A DNA stretch of 49,753 bases, filler included, from Jimgerdemannia flammicorona (taxonomy: Eukaryota), in assembly GCA_003990765.1 (NCBI GenBank). It is 2 parts of 2 records of this genome, joined end to end, with 100 filler letters (N's around TTAATTAATTAA, not from the genome) between each part and the next. Parts side by side here need not be neighbours in the genome. Positions count along the whole stretch, not along the records: positions 1 to 24,827 come from RBNJ01000918.1; 1 more part is not named here. One strand, 5' to 3'. Position 1 is the stretch's first letter. The number at the start of each line of letters is the position of its first letter. The position numbers and the translations under genes are program-made. Positions 11,259 to 21,634 of the stretch are shown in pieces. Under the pieces are notes generated by a model. That model saw nothing but the letters and a program-made list of their open reading frames with translations, made no database searches and was not told where the DNA came from.

Positions 11259-11352
11259 TCAAGTGATCGCACATTTTCTTTACTCCTTTTCTTCCCCTCA
11301 TTTGCCCTGGTTGGTTCTCCAGTCGTTGAGAGTGCATTGAGTTATTCATCTC

Positions 11353-12526
11353 TTTTTTTTGTTTAATGGACTCTATGTCTCATGGAATTTTATTGGAAGG
11401 GAACCTAGACTGTATAGGCCAAAACCCTCTCCCACCATCCACCAAGCACTGTCCCCCCGTTAATCTAGGCTAGCTATTGTCCAGCAGCCCAACCATGCCA
11501 GGCGCAGCAGGGCAAAGAAGCCCGCACCCATTCTACACACCATGCTCTCCCTACCACCAGGGGAAACCCAGCCATATGCCAATGACTGAAAGCGCACGCC
11601 CAAGAACTCAACGTATGTACAAGGCCACACCCGAGCTGAATAGAATAGCCCCTGCCACCCCAAAGAGAATGACAGGCAAAGAAAAACCCTCATCAAAGTA
11701 CAACATGGTGGATAGGGCCTGGTTCTCCCAGTCAAGGTGAGTAAAGGACTTACACGTGAGGCGGGAGGAAATCCCCAATACCCCACTACTCAAGCTTGTC
11801 GGCCTCGATCATGTTGCCATGTCAGCTCCCAGTTCCAGTTGAGTGCAGCCAAGATACCTGAAATGGATAGCCTCAGGCCCCCCGACCCCCCCTGACGACT
11901 GGGGCCTCATCCCACTATCTGCCAAAAGAAGCTGAGAGTGAGACCTACCACCTAACTGTACTGCACCAATCAAAAGGCCCCACCGAAGCAGCATCTGCCC
12001 CAGCCCCGACGACCGCCCCCAGCCTGGCACCCTACTGGTCCACCATTATCATCCTTCCTCCTATCTGTGATGGCCATCTCCCCTCCCAACCCAACAACAC
12101 CCGAAAAGCAGTCACCTACGCCAGAACCGCGCTCGCCGGGAATCTCGCCAAAGCCAGAGGGCCCCACCACAGGCACCGAAGACCTGCAGATAACCTACAC
12201 TGGGCACTTAATGCCCAAGGTCAGCTGACTCCCTATGTAGCCTGAGACATACCGAGACAACACCTCGTTGGCGACGGCAAAAGGAAGAAGGTGCCGCACC
12301 AAAACAAGTACACCCCAGATGTAGCCGAAGGGACCAGAATCCGTGAAAAAGTGGAGGAAGCACCGATCCGACACTGATAAAGGGGCAACTCAATACTATT
12401 ACCCTCCTCCCACCATGCCCCTACAGGCACAGCAAATCAACCTGAGGTAGAGGGGGTAATATTAAGGGAAAGGGGACTCGGAAGGTCGCTTACCAAACCT
12501 TGTGACTGGTAAGGTAGCGGAGAAAG
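11353..12526 (-). mobile_element. ~1.17-kb poly(A)-tailed non-coding retroposon (copy A) with 23-bp target-site duplication
   Basis: T-run at 11353-11360; AATAAA on the minus strand near 11388-11393; TSD GAGTGCATTGAGTTATTCATCTC (11330-11352) and GAGCATGTTGAGTTATTCATCTC (12527-12549); homologous end to end with 22547-23735. Confidence 0.88.
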
Positions 12527-12846
12527 GAGCATGTTGAGTTATTCATCTCATGTCAGTCGTTTGGTGTTTAGTTGTCAATATAGTTCATGTAGTTGGTGCC
12601 AGGCGAATGTGTATTATATCTTAGCCTTTCTTTTCTTGCTACTGCATTTATTATCTATACAGCCATGACAAAATGGTTTTATCCAGCCCGTCCATAGGGT
12701 GGTCACCTCTCTGGCCTTTGTTTTGTACTTCTTAGCTAGTTGTTTACTTCGCTGGCCTTGATTTGCTTTTCTCATCTTAGGTGTCTTATCTTTTGTTGCA
12801 CCGATGTACCCTATCTTCTCTACAATGAATAAATTCTTACTTGAAG

Positions 12847-12857
12847 CCTAACCCTAA
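12847..12857 (+). repeat. Telomeric spacer CCTAACCCTAA
   Basis: Between copies 2 and 3. Confidence 0.88.
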
Positions 12858-15800
12858 GCCACTTATGTGATTTCCCATTTGGCTAGACTCGGCTTTACGG
12901 CCCGAAGCTATTCCAAATTAAGAAAGCAGTCACTTTGATTAGCTAAGCCTCTCATTGGGTATAAATACCCCCTTCACCATTATTTTTTCATTGCACAAAC
13001 AAAGGTCACATGACCTGCATTTCACAATTTCACAAACACAAACAAACACACCTTCACCTTTTCCGGCAATATCGGCCACCTCCTCCATCGTCGGCAATGA
13101 CAGCAATGCCACCTGCCTCTTTGTGCACTTTGGCGCCTTTCTCCGCTGTGCTGAATGCCGCGGCATCGGTCTTCTCTCTCTTGGCTTCGGCGAGGGTAGC
13201 CTTATGGTGATGTGCAGGTCGTGTGGGGATGAACGACCGATTTCATCGTATTTATCTTCCCTGCATGATGCGGAAGATGATGAAGAGATCGCAATCTCTT
13301 CCAATTTGGACCATAATGCCCAGCGCCCCCCTACTCTCCCACACCCCCACCCCTCAACCGGAACAAGCGTGGTCGCCCGAATACTAGTTTGGAAATGACC
13401 CCAACTGCCAGTCGTGCAGGCCCCTCAGCCGACCCCGATCTAGTCACGGAGATGGCCGTGATGAGGAAGCAGATCTCGGATCTGCTGACTCAAGTAGCCG
13501 ATCTGGCCAAGATCAACACCCAGCTGATGGCGCAGCTAGCTGCGCGTCATGTGCCCACCGCCCCCTCGTCATCTGGTGCTCCCTCGGGAAGTACCCCCAC
13601 TGCCCCTTCCACATCTGCCCCCTCCAAGTCCTTGGCCCCCCCTCCTACTGGTCCTGCCACGAACATGCGGTCAAAGGCCCAGAAGCGAGCGGACAAGCGG
13701 GCCGCTAAAGCTGCCACGTCGCAGTCTGGTGCACCGCCAAAGGAGGCAACTCTCATAGCTGTGCCTCTGGCCGCTAAAGCCGCACCCACTAAAAAGGGCA
13801 AGGCCAAGGCTCCCGGGCCAGTGCCCCAGGTTACGCCTGTAGGACCCAGCACCGCCGGTCTGTCTTCATCCCCTGCTTCGACCCCCGCCCCCCCCAAATC
13901 ATATGCTGCCACCGCCAAGAAAGTTTCTATCAAAGATAGGACCCAGGCCAACCCCGAGATGGAAAGAGCAGCTGCTGCCACCGCTCTTTTGCGCATGACC
14001 TGGAAGCCGACCTCTCATTTGTCACTGACTGAGAAAGGAGCTAGGCTCCAGCGTATTTACGTCGACAGGTTTGCCCATCTTAAGATCGGGCAGATCCAGA
14101 AGAACTTGTACGACGTCCATGTGATGTTGTCAAAAGTTCTCAATATGTCGTACGTCTCGGCGTCGACCATCGAATTCCTGCTCCACCCTGATTATGTCAC
14201 GGCGTTCCAAAAGAAGATGAAGGCACTCGGGTTCTCAGTGCTATTGGCCTGGGACCCTGCACTCCCATGCAACAAGAACGCCATAGAGGCCGTGAAGACA
14301 CAGGTACTCCAATCATTCCATGCTTGGGTCCGGTAGTTGGCAGGTAAAGCCACTGCGAAGAGGCCTGAGGTGCAGACCTTCTACCAAGCCTGGGCCGTGG
14401 AACTCGGCCTCACTCTCCCCTCCCCTGCTTCCCCATCGGCTGGCCCTGCTTCGAAGGCAGGTGGTACTGTAGTCATGATAGGTAATATGGTGATGGATTT
14501 GGAAGCTGAAGCTTCCACCTCAGGTGCTTCCCATACTGTTGGTGCTAATGCGTCTGGCCCACAATGAGAGTCGGGTTCCTCAATGCACATGGACATCCCA
14601 GGACAAGTTCGATGTGCTCAGTCGATTGATTGGTCCTGTCCTCGAGGTTCTTTTCATATGTGAAATGTGGCACATTCCGCTGCATCCCTCTCCACTCATT
14701 CACATATCCTCTCCTCCAGCATCGAACAGGATCGTGGGTCACCAGAACAGTGGTCTCGTGGTCCTTGTATCAAACTGTTTCGCCCCCCTTATTTCCAGGT
14801 CCTCCGCCAACCCCTTCCATATCCGGCTCATGTTCCAGAGCTTGGCTTTGGTTGGGGTTTATGCCCACCCTTCTCTACCCATTGGTGGCTTCTGTGATCT
14901 GGTGTCTGGACCCTTCCCAGGTAAGGCCCTTTTGATCGGTGACATCAATACCCGCTTCGGTGCCTGCCTTGGTGACGTCAACTCTGGTCCTCGCGATCGG
15001 ATAGATGTCGTCGACACCTCCTTGATGACGTGGTCGTTGAACCACCTGACTCCAGTGGCTGGATCTACTTACGTTGACCATGCGTTCGCCACCGCATCCC
15101 TCTATAAGTCTCTCACCTGCTCTACCCCTCCTGTCACTACTGACTACCCCTCTCTCCTCACTGTCTCCTTCCCCTTCTCCCCCTCACCGGTTGCTGCCTT
15201 GGCTGGCATCCGACGTTACTCTGCGAGATATCAGACCAATCTGGTCATTCAAGCTCATCTCTGGGAATTAGCGGATATCGTTTGCGATACCATTATCAGG
15301 TCTATCTACTCTGTCAGAGACTACATCGCCGGCTTTTGCTCTATGGAAGATCGCCAGCAGTTTGTGGATTCCCTTGACGCCCTTTTGACCTCTGGTCTAC
15401 AGTCAGTCTGTGAGGACATTCTTAGCTCGTATGATGCAAGAGAGATTAGGGTGGCACTGCTCCCTCGGCGTGACCTCCTTCACAGTGCATCTTCAGTCTC
15501 TGATGACATCTGTGGCTTCAAGCAAGCATACTGCTCCACCCCCTCCACGCCTCTCCAATCTCGCTCTCCCAATGTCCCAGTATTCGATGATGTGGTTGCC
15601 CACTTCACCACCATCTTCGGCCAGCTGGATGCCTCCCTCCGCCTTGATGACTCTGAGGACATCTTCCCCCTTGGCGTGGGCGCTCTTGGGCTGCAGTCTT
15701 GGTTTGACCAACCTGTGGTTTGAAGAGCTGTCTGTAGCAACCCCCTCTCAAAGATGTGTGGTGCTGACTCCTTGCATGTCCAGATCCTTCGGGTGATGGC

Positions 15801-18005
15801 AGGTGAGAAGGACGCCCCTTGTAGCCTTTCGAAGGCCCTCTTGTTCTTCTTCCAGATGTGCATGGTCTGGGGGCTCACACCCTGCCGCTGGAACTCAGCC
15901 ATCATCACCCCAGTCTCCAAGAAGGAGAAATCACAAATGATCGATGGATTTCGCCCTATTGCTCTGACTGAAATGTTTTGTAGACTCTTCGAGCAGTGTT
16001 TGGAAGGATATGTTAAGAGCTGAAGTGGCTTGACAGAAATGTCGTGCTGCCAATTTGGCTTCTGAACCTGCTTCTCGTCCCTTTCTCATGTCTTGTTATC
16101 ACACGAGACATGGGCTAAGGGATGGGGCCACCGTGTCTTTTTGGACCTTCGGCAGGCGTATGATCGAGTCCCTCTCAAGTGCATTCTTTCCCGCCTTGAG
16201 GTACAAGATGCCGACGCGACCCTCCTTAGTATTATTCGAAGCCTGTTCAATCATTGTTCTTATCAGGTGGTTGTTAATGGCCTCATCACCCCTTCGGTCC
16301 CCACTGAGCGTAGCCTCTTCCAGGGCTCCCTCCTCTCCCCTTAGCTGTTTGATGTCTTTATCAACCCCCCTTGCCGCCTCCTTTGATGAGCAGTTCAAGG
16401 AGTACGACTTCTCTCTCGGGCTTTTCTTTACAGATAATATCGCCCTTATCCCCGGCACTGCTGCAGAAGGGCAAAGGATGGTTGATTTTTGTAAGGATTG
16501 GCTTCAGGTGAACGGTATGGAGCTCAATCCCAAGAAGTGTGGTTATATTGGCCTGGCTGACTATACTGTGCTGATTGGGGGTGAACTCTGCCCACGACCC
16601 ACCTCCTACATGTACCTGGGCGTGCCATACACTAACAAAGGGTTTGATTTTATCAGCCTTGTGTTATAGAATATGGCAAAGGCAGAATGAACTCTTGGGA
16701 TCTACAGTGCCCATAGTCCCCTCTGGTCACCAATGGTCAAGTTGGCCATCGTACGAACGTTTATCAGGCCTCAACTGGAGTATGGCCTCCCCCTTCTATG
16801 AGCTTCCTGTCCAGCTACTATCACGGGGCTTCAGGTATTAAAGCGTCCCGAGCAGGTCTTTGATGATGCTGTTGCTTAGGTGGTTGGATTTTCTGGCTGT
16901 CCCTTGCTTGGCAGTTTGATTCTTGGTCTCCCTTCCTTTCTTCGTCATATGTCTGACCTCTACTGCATGTTCCAAGCCCTTCTGGATTGTTGTAGCAAGT
17001 TGGGCAACAACCCCATCAGTCCCCTTAGCAAGCGCTTTGTCACGCGCCCCCCGGGTTCTATTATTGATAAGTTCCGGCATTGGACCTCTTGGCTTGACTT
17101 CCTCGACTAGGACTGGGACCTCTGTCCCCAGGTCCGCAAGACTCACTCACTCTGCTCCTTCCTCCAGTCCTTCCTTCAGGATCAGCTGCTACAGGAATGG
17201 GCCTTCTCTTCCCAGGCTCTTGTTCAGTACATCACCCCCAAAGGCCGCTTGCGGTCACGGGGTACCAATCGTGTCCTCTCCTTCCCACCCTGGCTTGTGT
17301 GTTCTACCCTTGCTTGGTACTATGGCTATTTTGGCCAACCCCGCCCCTGCCCCTGTAGAGATAAGCTTAATCGTGGCCATCTCCTCAGGTGCGGTCTTCT
17401 CGATGGTTTGTATTCTGCTTTCCGAGATTCTTCCGATCGTGAAGAACAGCTCGATTGGTTTACCAATGATGAATGGCAGGAGGAATTTCATGCCTACCCT
17501 CTTCATGCTCTTCACGAGACAAGCTACCATGCCATAGATGCCATGTATAATTCTGGTGGCCACCTCATAGTTGGGTTCTGCCTGATTGAGATTATGAAGA
17601 TGCTTGGGTGATCGAGCGATTACACATTTTCTTTACTTCCTTCTTTCCCCTCGTTTGCTTGATTGATTCCCCCCGTTGTTGAGAGTATATTGAGTTATTC
17701 ATCTCATGTCAGTCGTTTGGTGTTTAGTTGATGATACAGTTCATGTAGTTGGTGCCAGGTGAATGTGTATTATATCTTAGCCTCCCTTTTCTTTGCTTTC
17801 GCATTTCATTATCTATATGGCCATAACAAAATGGTTTTATCCAGTCCGTCCATAGGGTGGTCACCTCTCTTGCTTTTATTTTATACTTCTTAGCTAGTTG
17901 TTTACTTCACTGGTCTTGTTTTGCTTTTCTCATCTTAGGAGTCTTTGTCTTTTGTTGCTCCGATGTATCTTATCTTCTCTACAATGAATAAATTTTTACT
18001 TGAAG
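12858..18005 (+). mobile_element. Telomere-associated LINE copy 3 (full length, decayed)
   Basis: Colinear with copy 1. ORF1 13069-14567 (start mutated ATG>ATA); ORF2 14564-17611 with frameshifts and stops; catalytic ADD mutated to TDN. Confidence 0.93.
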
Positions 18006-18025
18006 CCTAACCCTAACCCTAACCC
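18006..18025 (+). repeat. Telomeric spacer CCTAACCCTAACCCTAACCC
   Basis: Longest perfect tract (20 bp); joins copy 4, which lacks the first 11 nt of the element. Confidence 0.92.
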
Positions 18026-21000
18026 GATTTCCCCATTTGGCTAGACTTGGCTTTACGGCCCGAAGCTAAACCAAATTGAGAAAGCTGTCACTTTGACTAG
18101 CTAAGCCTCCCATCGGGTATAAATACCCCCTTCTCCATTATTTTTTCATTATATAAACAAAGGTCATATAACCTATATTTCAAAATTTCACAAATACAAA
18201 CATTCCTCCATCTAATTTGGTAATGTTGGCCACCTCATCTATCATCGGTAATGACAGCAACACCATCCATCTCTTTGTATGCTTCAGCACCTCTCTTTGC
18301 TATGCTGAATGTCATGGCATCAATCTCTTCTCTCTTGGTTTTGGCAAGGGTAGCCTGATGGCGATGTACTGATCATGCGGGGATACACGACCAATATTGG
18401 CGTATTTATCTTCCCTGCATGATGCAGAAGATGACAAGGAGATTGTGATCTCTTCCGATTTGGACCATGACACCCAGCACTCTCCCTACTCTCCAATACC
18501 ACCACTCCTCAATTAAAACAAGCATGGTTGCCCAAACACTAGTTTGAAAATGACCCCGATGGCTGGTCATGTGGGTCCCTCAGCCGACCCCGATCTGGTT
18601 ACAGAGATGGCTGCAATGAGGAAGCAGATCTCAGATCTGCTGACTCAGGTGGCTGAACTGGCCAAGATCAATACCCAGCTGATAGTACAGCTTGCTGTAT
18701 GATCTGCACCCACTGCCCCCTCATCATCTGGTGCTCCTTTGGGAAGTACCCCTACCACCATTTCCACATCTGCCCCCCCCAAGTTCTCGGTCCCCCCTCC
18801 TACTAGTCCCACTGCGAATACACAGTTAAAGGCCCAGAAGAGAGCGGATAAGTGAGCCACCAAAGCCGCTGCATCATAATCTGGTGTGCTGCTGAAGGAG
18901 GCAACTCTCATGGCTGTGCCTCTGGCTGCTAAGGCTGCACCCCCTAAAAAGGGCAAGGCCAAAGCCCCCAGGCCAGTACCCCATGTTATGCCTGTGGGTC
19001 CCAGTGCTGCCAGCCAGTCTTCGTCCCCTACTTCGACCCCTGCCCCCCCCAAATCGTACGCCACCGCTGTTAAGAAGATTTCTATCAAAGATTGGACCCA
19101 GGCCTACCCCAAGATGGAAAGGGCAGCTGTCACCACCACCCTCTCACATATGACTGATATGCCGACCTCTCATTTGTCGCCGACTGAGAAGGGCGCTAGG
19201 CTGCAGTGCATTTATGTTGATGGGTTTGCCCATCTTAAGATCAGGTAGATCCAGAAGAACTTGTATGACATCCATGTGATGTTGTCAAAAGTTCTCAACA
19301 TGTCATATGCCTCGGCGTCGACCATCGAATTCCTGCTTCGCCCTAATTATATCATGGCATTCCAAAAGAAGATAATGGTGCTCGGGTTCTCAGTGCTGTC
19401 AGCCTGAGGCTCTGTGCTCCCCACAACAAGAATGCCATGGAGGCCATGAAGATACAGATACTCCAATCATTCCATGCTCAGATCCGGCAGTTGGCTGGTG
19501 AAGCCACTGCGAGAAGGCCTGAGGTGCAGACCTTCTATAGAGCTTGGGCTGCAGAACTCGGCCTCACTCTCCCTTCTTTCACCCCACCATTGGCCAGCCC
19601 TGCTTCGAAGGCAGATGGTACCGTAGCTGTAATGGGTGAGATAGTGATGGATTTGGAAGCTGAAGCTTCCTCCTCAGGTACTTCCCATGCTGTTGGCACT
19701 AATGCACCCAGCCCACAATGAGAGTCGGGTTCCTCAATATATATGAACTACCTCAGGACAAGTTTGATGTGCTCAGTCAGTTGATTGTTCCTGCCCTCGA
19801 CATTCTTTTCATAGCACATCTCACTGCGTCTCTCTCTGCTCATTCACATGTCCTCCCCTCCAGCATCACACAGGATCATGGGCCACCAAAATGGCAGTCT
19901 TGTGGTCCTTGTGTCAAACTGTTTCGCTCCCCTCATCTCCGGGTCCTTCACTGACCCCTTTCATATTCAGCTTATGTTCCAGGGCCTGGCTTTGGTTGGG
20001 GTTTATGCCCCCCCTCCCTTCCTATTGGTGGTTTCCATGATCTGGTGTCTGGACCCTTTCTGGGTAAGGCTCATCTGATCAGTAACATCAATACTCACTT
20101 TGGTGCCTATCTTAGTGATGTCAACTCTGGTCCCCACAACCAGATGGATGTCGTTGACATCTCCCTAATAACATGATCATTGAACCACCTGACCCCAGTG
20201 GCTGGATCTATATGTGTTGATCACGCATTCACCACTGCATCCCTCTACGCGTCTCTCACCTACTCCACCCCTCCTGTTGCTACCAACCACCCCTCTCTCC
20301 TCACTGTCTCCTTTCCCTTCTCTCTCTTGCCGGTTGCTGTCTTGGCTGGTATCTGTCATTACTCTGCGAGATACCTGACTGATCCGGTCATTCAAGCTCA
20401 CCTTCGGGAATTAGCAGATATTGTTTGCGATACTGTTGTCAGATCTGGTATTGAAGCATCCCAAGCAGGTCTTTGATGATGCTGTCACTTGGGCAGTCAG
20501 ATTTTCCAGCTGTCTCTTGCTTGGCAGCTCCATTCTTGGTCTCCCTTCCTTTCTTCATTGAACGTCTGACCTCTGCTGAATGTTCCAAGCCCACCTGGAT
20601 TGGTGTAGCAAGTCTGGTAACAATCCCATTGGCCCCCTTAGTGAGTGCTTTATCATGCATCCCTCGGGTTCTATTATTGACAAGTTCTGGTGTTGGACCT
20701 CTTGGCTTGACTTCCTCAACTAGTACTGGGACCTTTGTCCCCAGGTCTGCAAGACTCGCCTGCTCTGCTCCTTCCTCCAGTCCTTCCTTCAGGATCAGCT
20801 ATTGCAGTAATGGGCCTCCTCTTCTCAGGCTCTCATTCAGTATATCACCCCCAAAGGCCACTTGCAGTCACGGGGCGCTGACCATATCCTCTCCTTCCCC
20901 CCCCAGCTTGTGTGTTCTGCCCTCGCCTAGTGCTATGACTACTTTGGCCAACCCTGCTCCTGCCTCTGTGGAGATAAGTTTCATTGTGGACATCTCCTCT

Positions 21001-21618
21001 GGTGTGGTCTTCTTGATGGCTCATATTCTGCAATCTGAGGAACTTTCGATCGAGATGAACAACTTGATTGATTTACTAATGACGAATGGCAGGAAGAACT
21101 TCATGCCTACCCTCTTCATGCTCTTCATGAGATAGCCTATCATGCTATAGACACTATGTATAATTCTGGTGGCTACCTCATGGTCAGGTTCTGCCTGACC
21201 GAGATTATGAAGATGCTTGGGTGATCGAGCAATTGCACATTTTCTTTACTCCTTTCTTTCCCCTCATTTGCCTTAGTTAGTTCCCTTGTTATTGAGAGCA
21301 CATTGAGTTATTCATCTCATGTCAGTCATTTGGTATCTAGTTGTCGATACCGTTCATGTAGTTGGTGCCAGGCGAATGTGTATTATACCTTAGCCTTTCT
21401 TTTCTTTGCTTTTTGCATTTATTATCTTTATGGCCATGACAAAATGGTTTTTATCCAGCCCGTCCATAGGGTGGTCACCTCTCTGGCTCTTGTTTTGTTC
21501 TTCTTAGCTAGTTGTTACTCTGCTGGCCTTTTTTTGCTTTTCTCATCTTAGGAGTCTTTGTCTTTTGTTGCTCCAATGTACCTTGCCTTCTCTACAATAA
21601 ATAAATTCTTACTTGAAG
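18026..21618 (+). mobile_element. Telomere-associated LINE copy 4 (most decayed; ~1.53-kb internal deletion removes the RT core)
   Basis: ORF1 remnant 18223-19721, ORF2 remnant 19718-21224; the junction at 20446/20447 joins positions equivalent to 3788 and 5318 of copy 1. Confidence 0.92.
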
Positions 21619-21634
21619 TCTAACCCTAACCCTA
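21619..21634 (+). repeat. Telomeric tract TCTAACCCTAACCCTA at the right end of the array
   Basis: Follows the invariant TTCTTACTTGAAG 3' end. Confidence 0.88.

Larger units (their letters stand above)
6504..12846 (+). mobile_element. Telomere-associated LINE copy 2 (full length, with a 1.17-kb insertion in the 3' UTR)
   Basis: Colinear with copy 1; the 3' UTR is interrupted after 11352 and resumes at 12527. Confidence 0.95.

Noticed and set aside
11460..12430. Short ORFs within the 1.2-kb retroposon, including an FRYLG motif
   Set aside because: No recognisable domain; the motif is not conserved in copy B.
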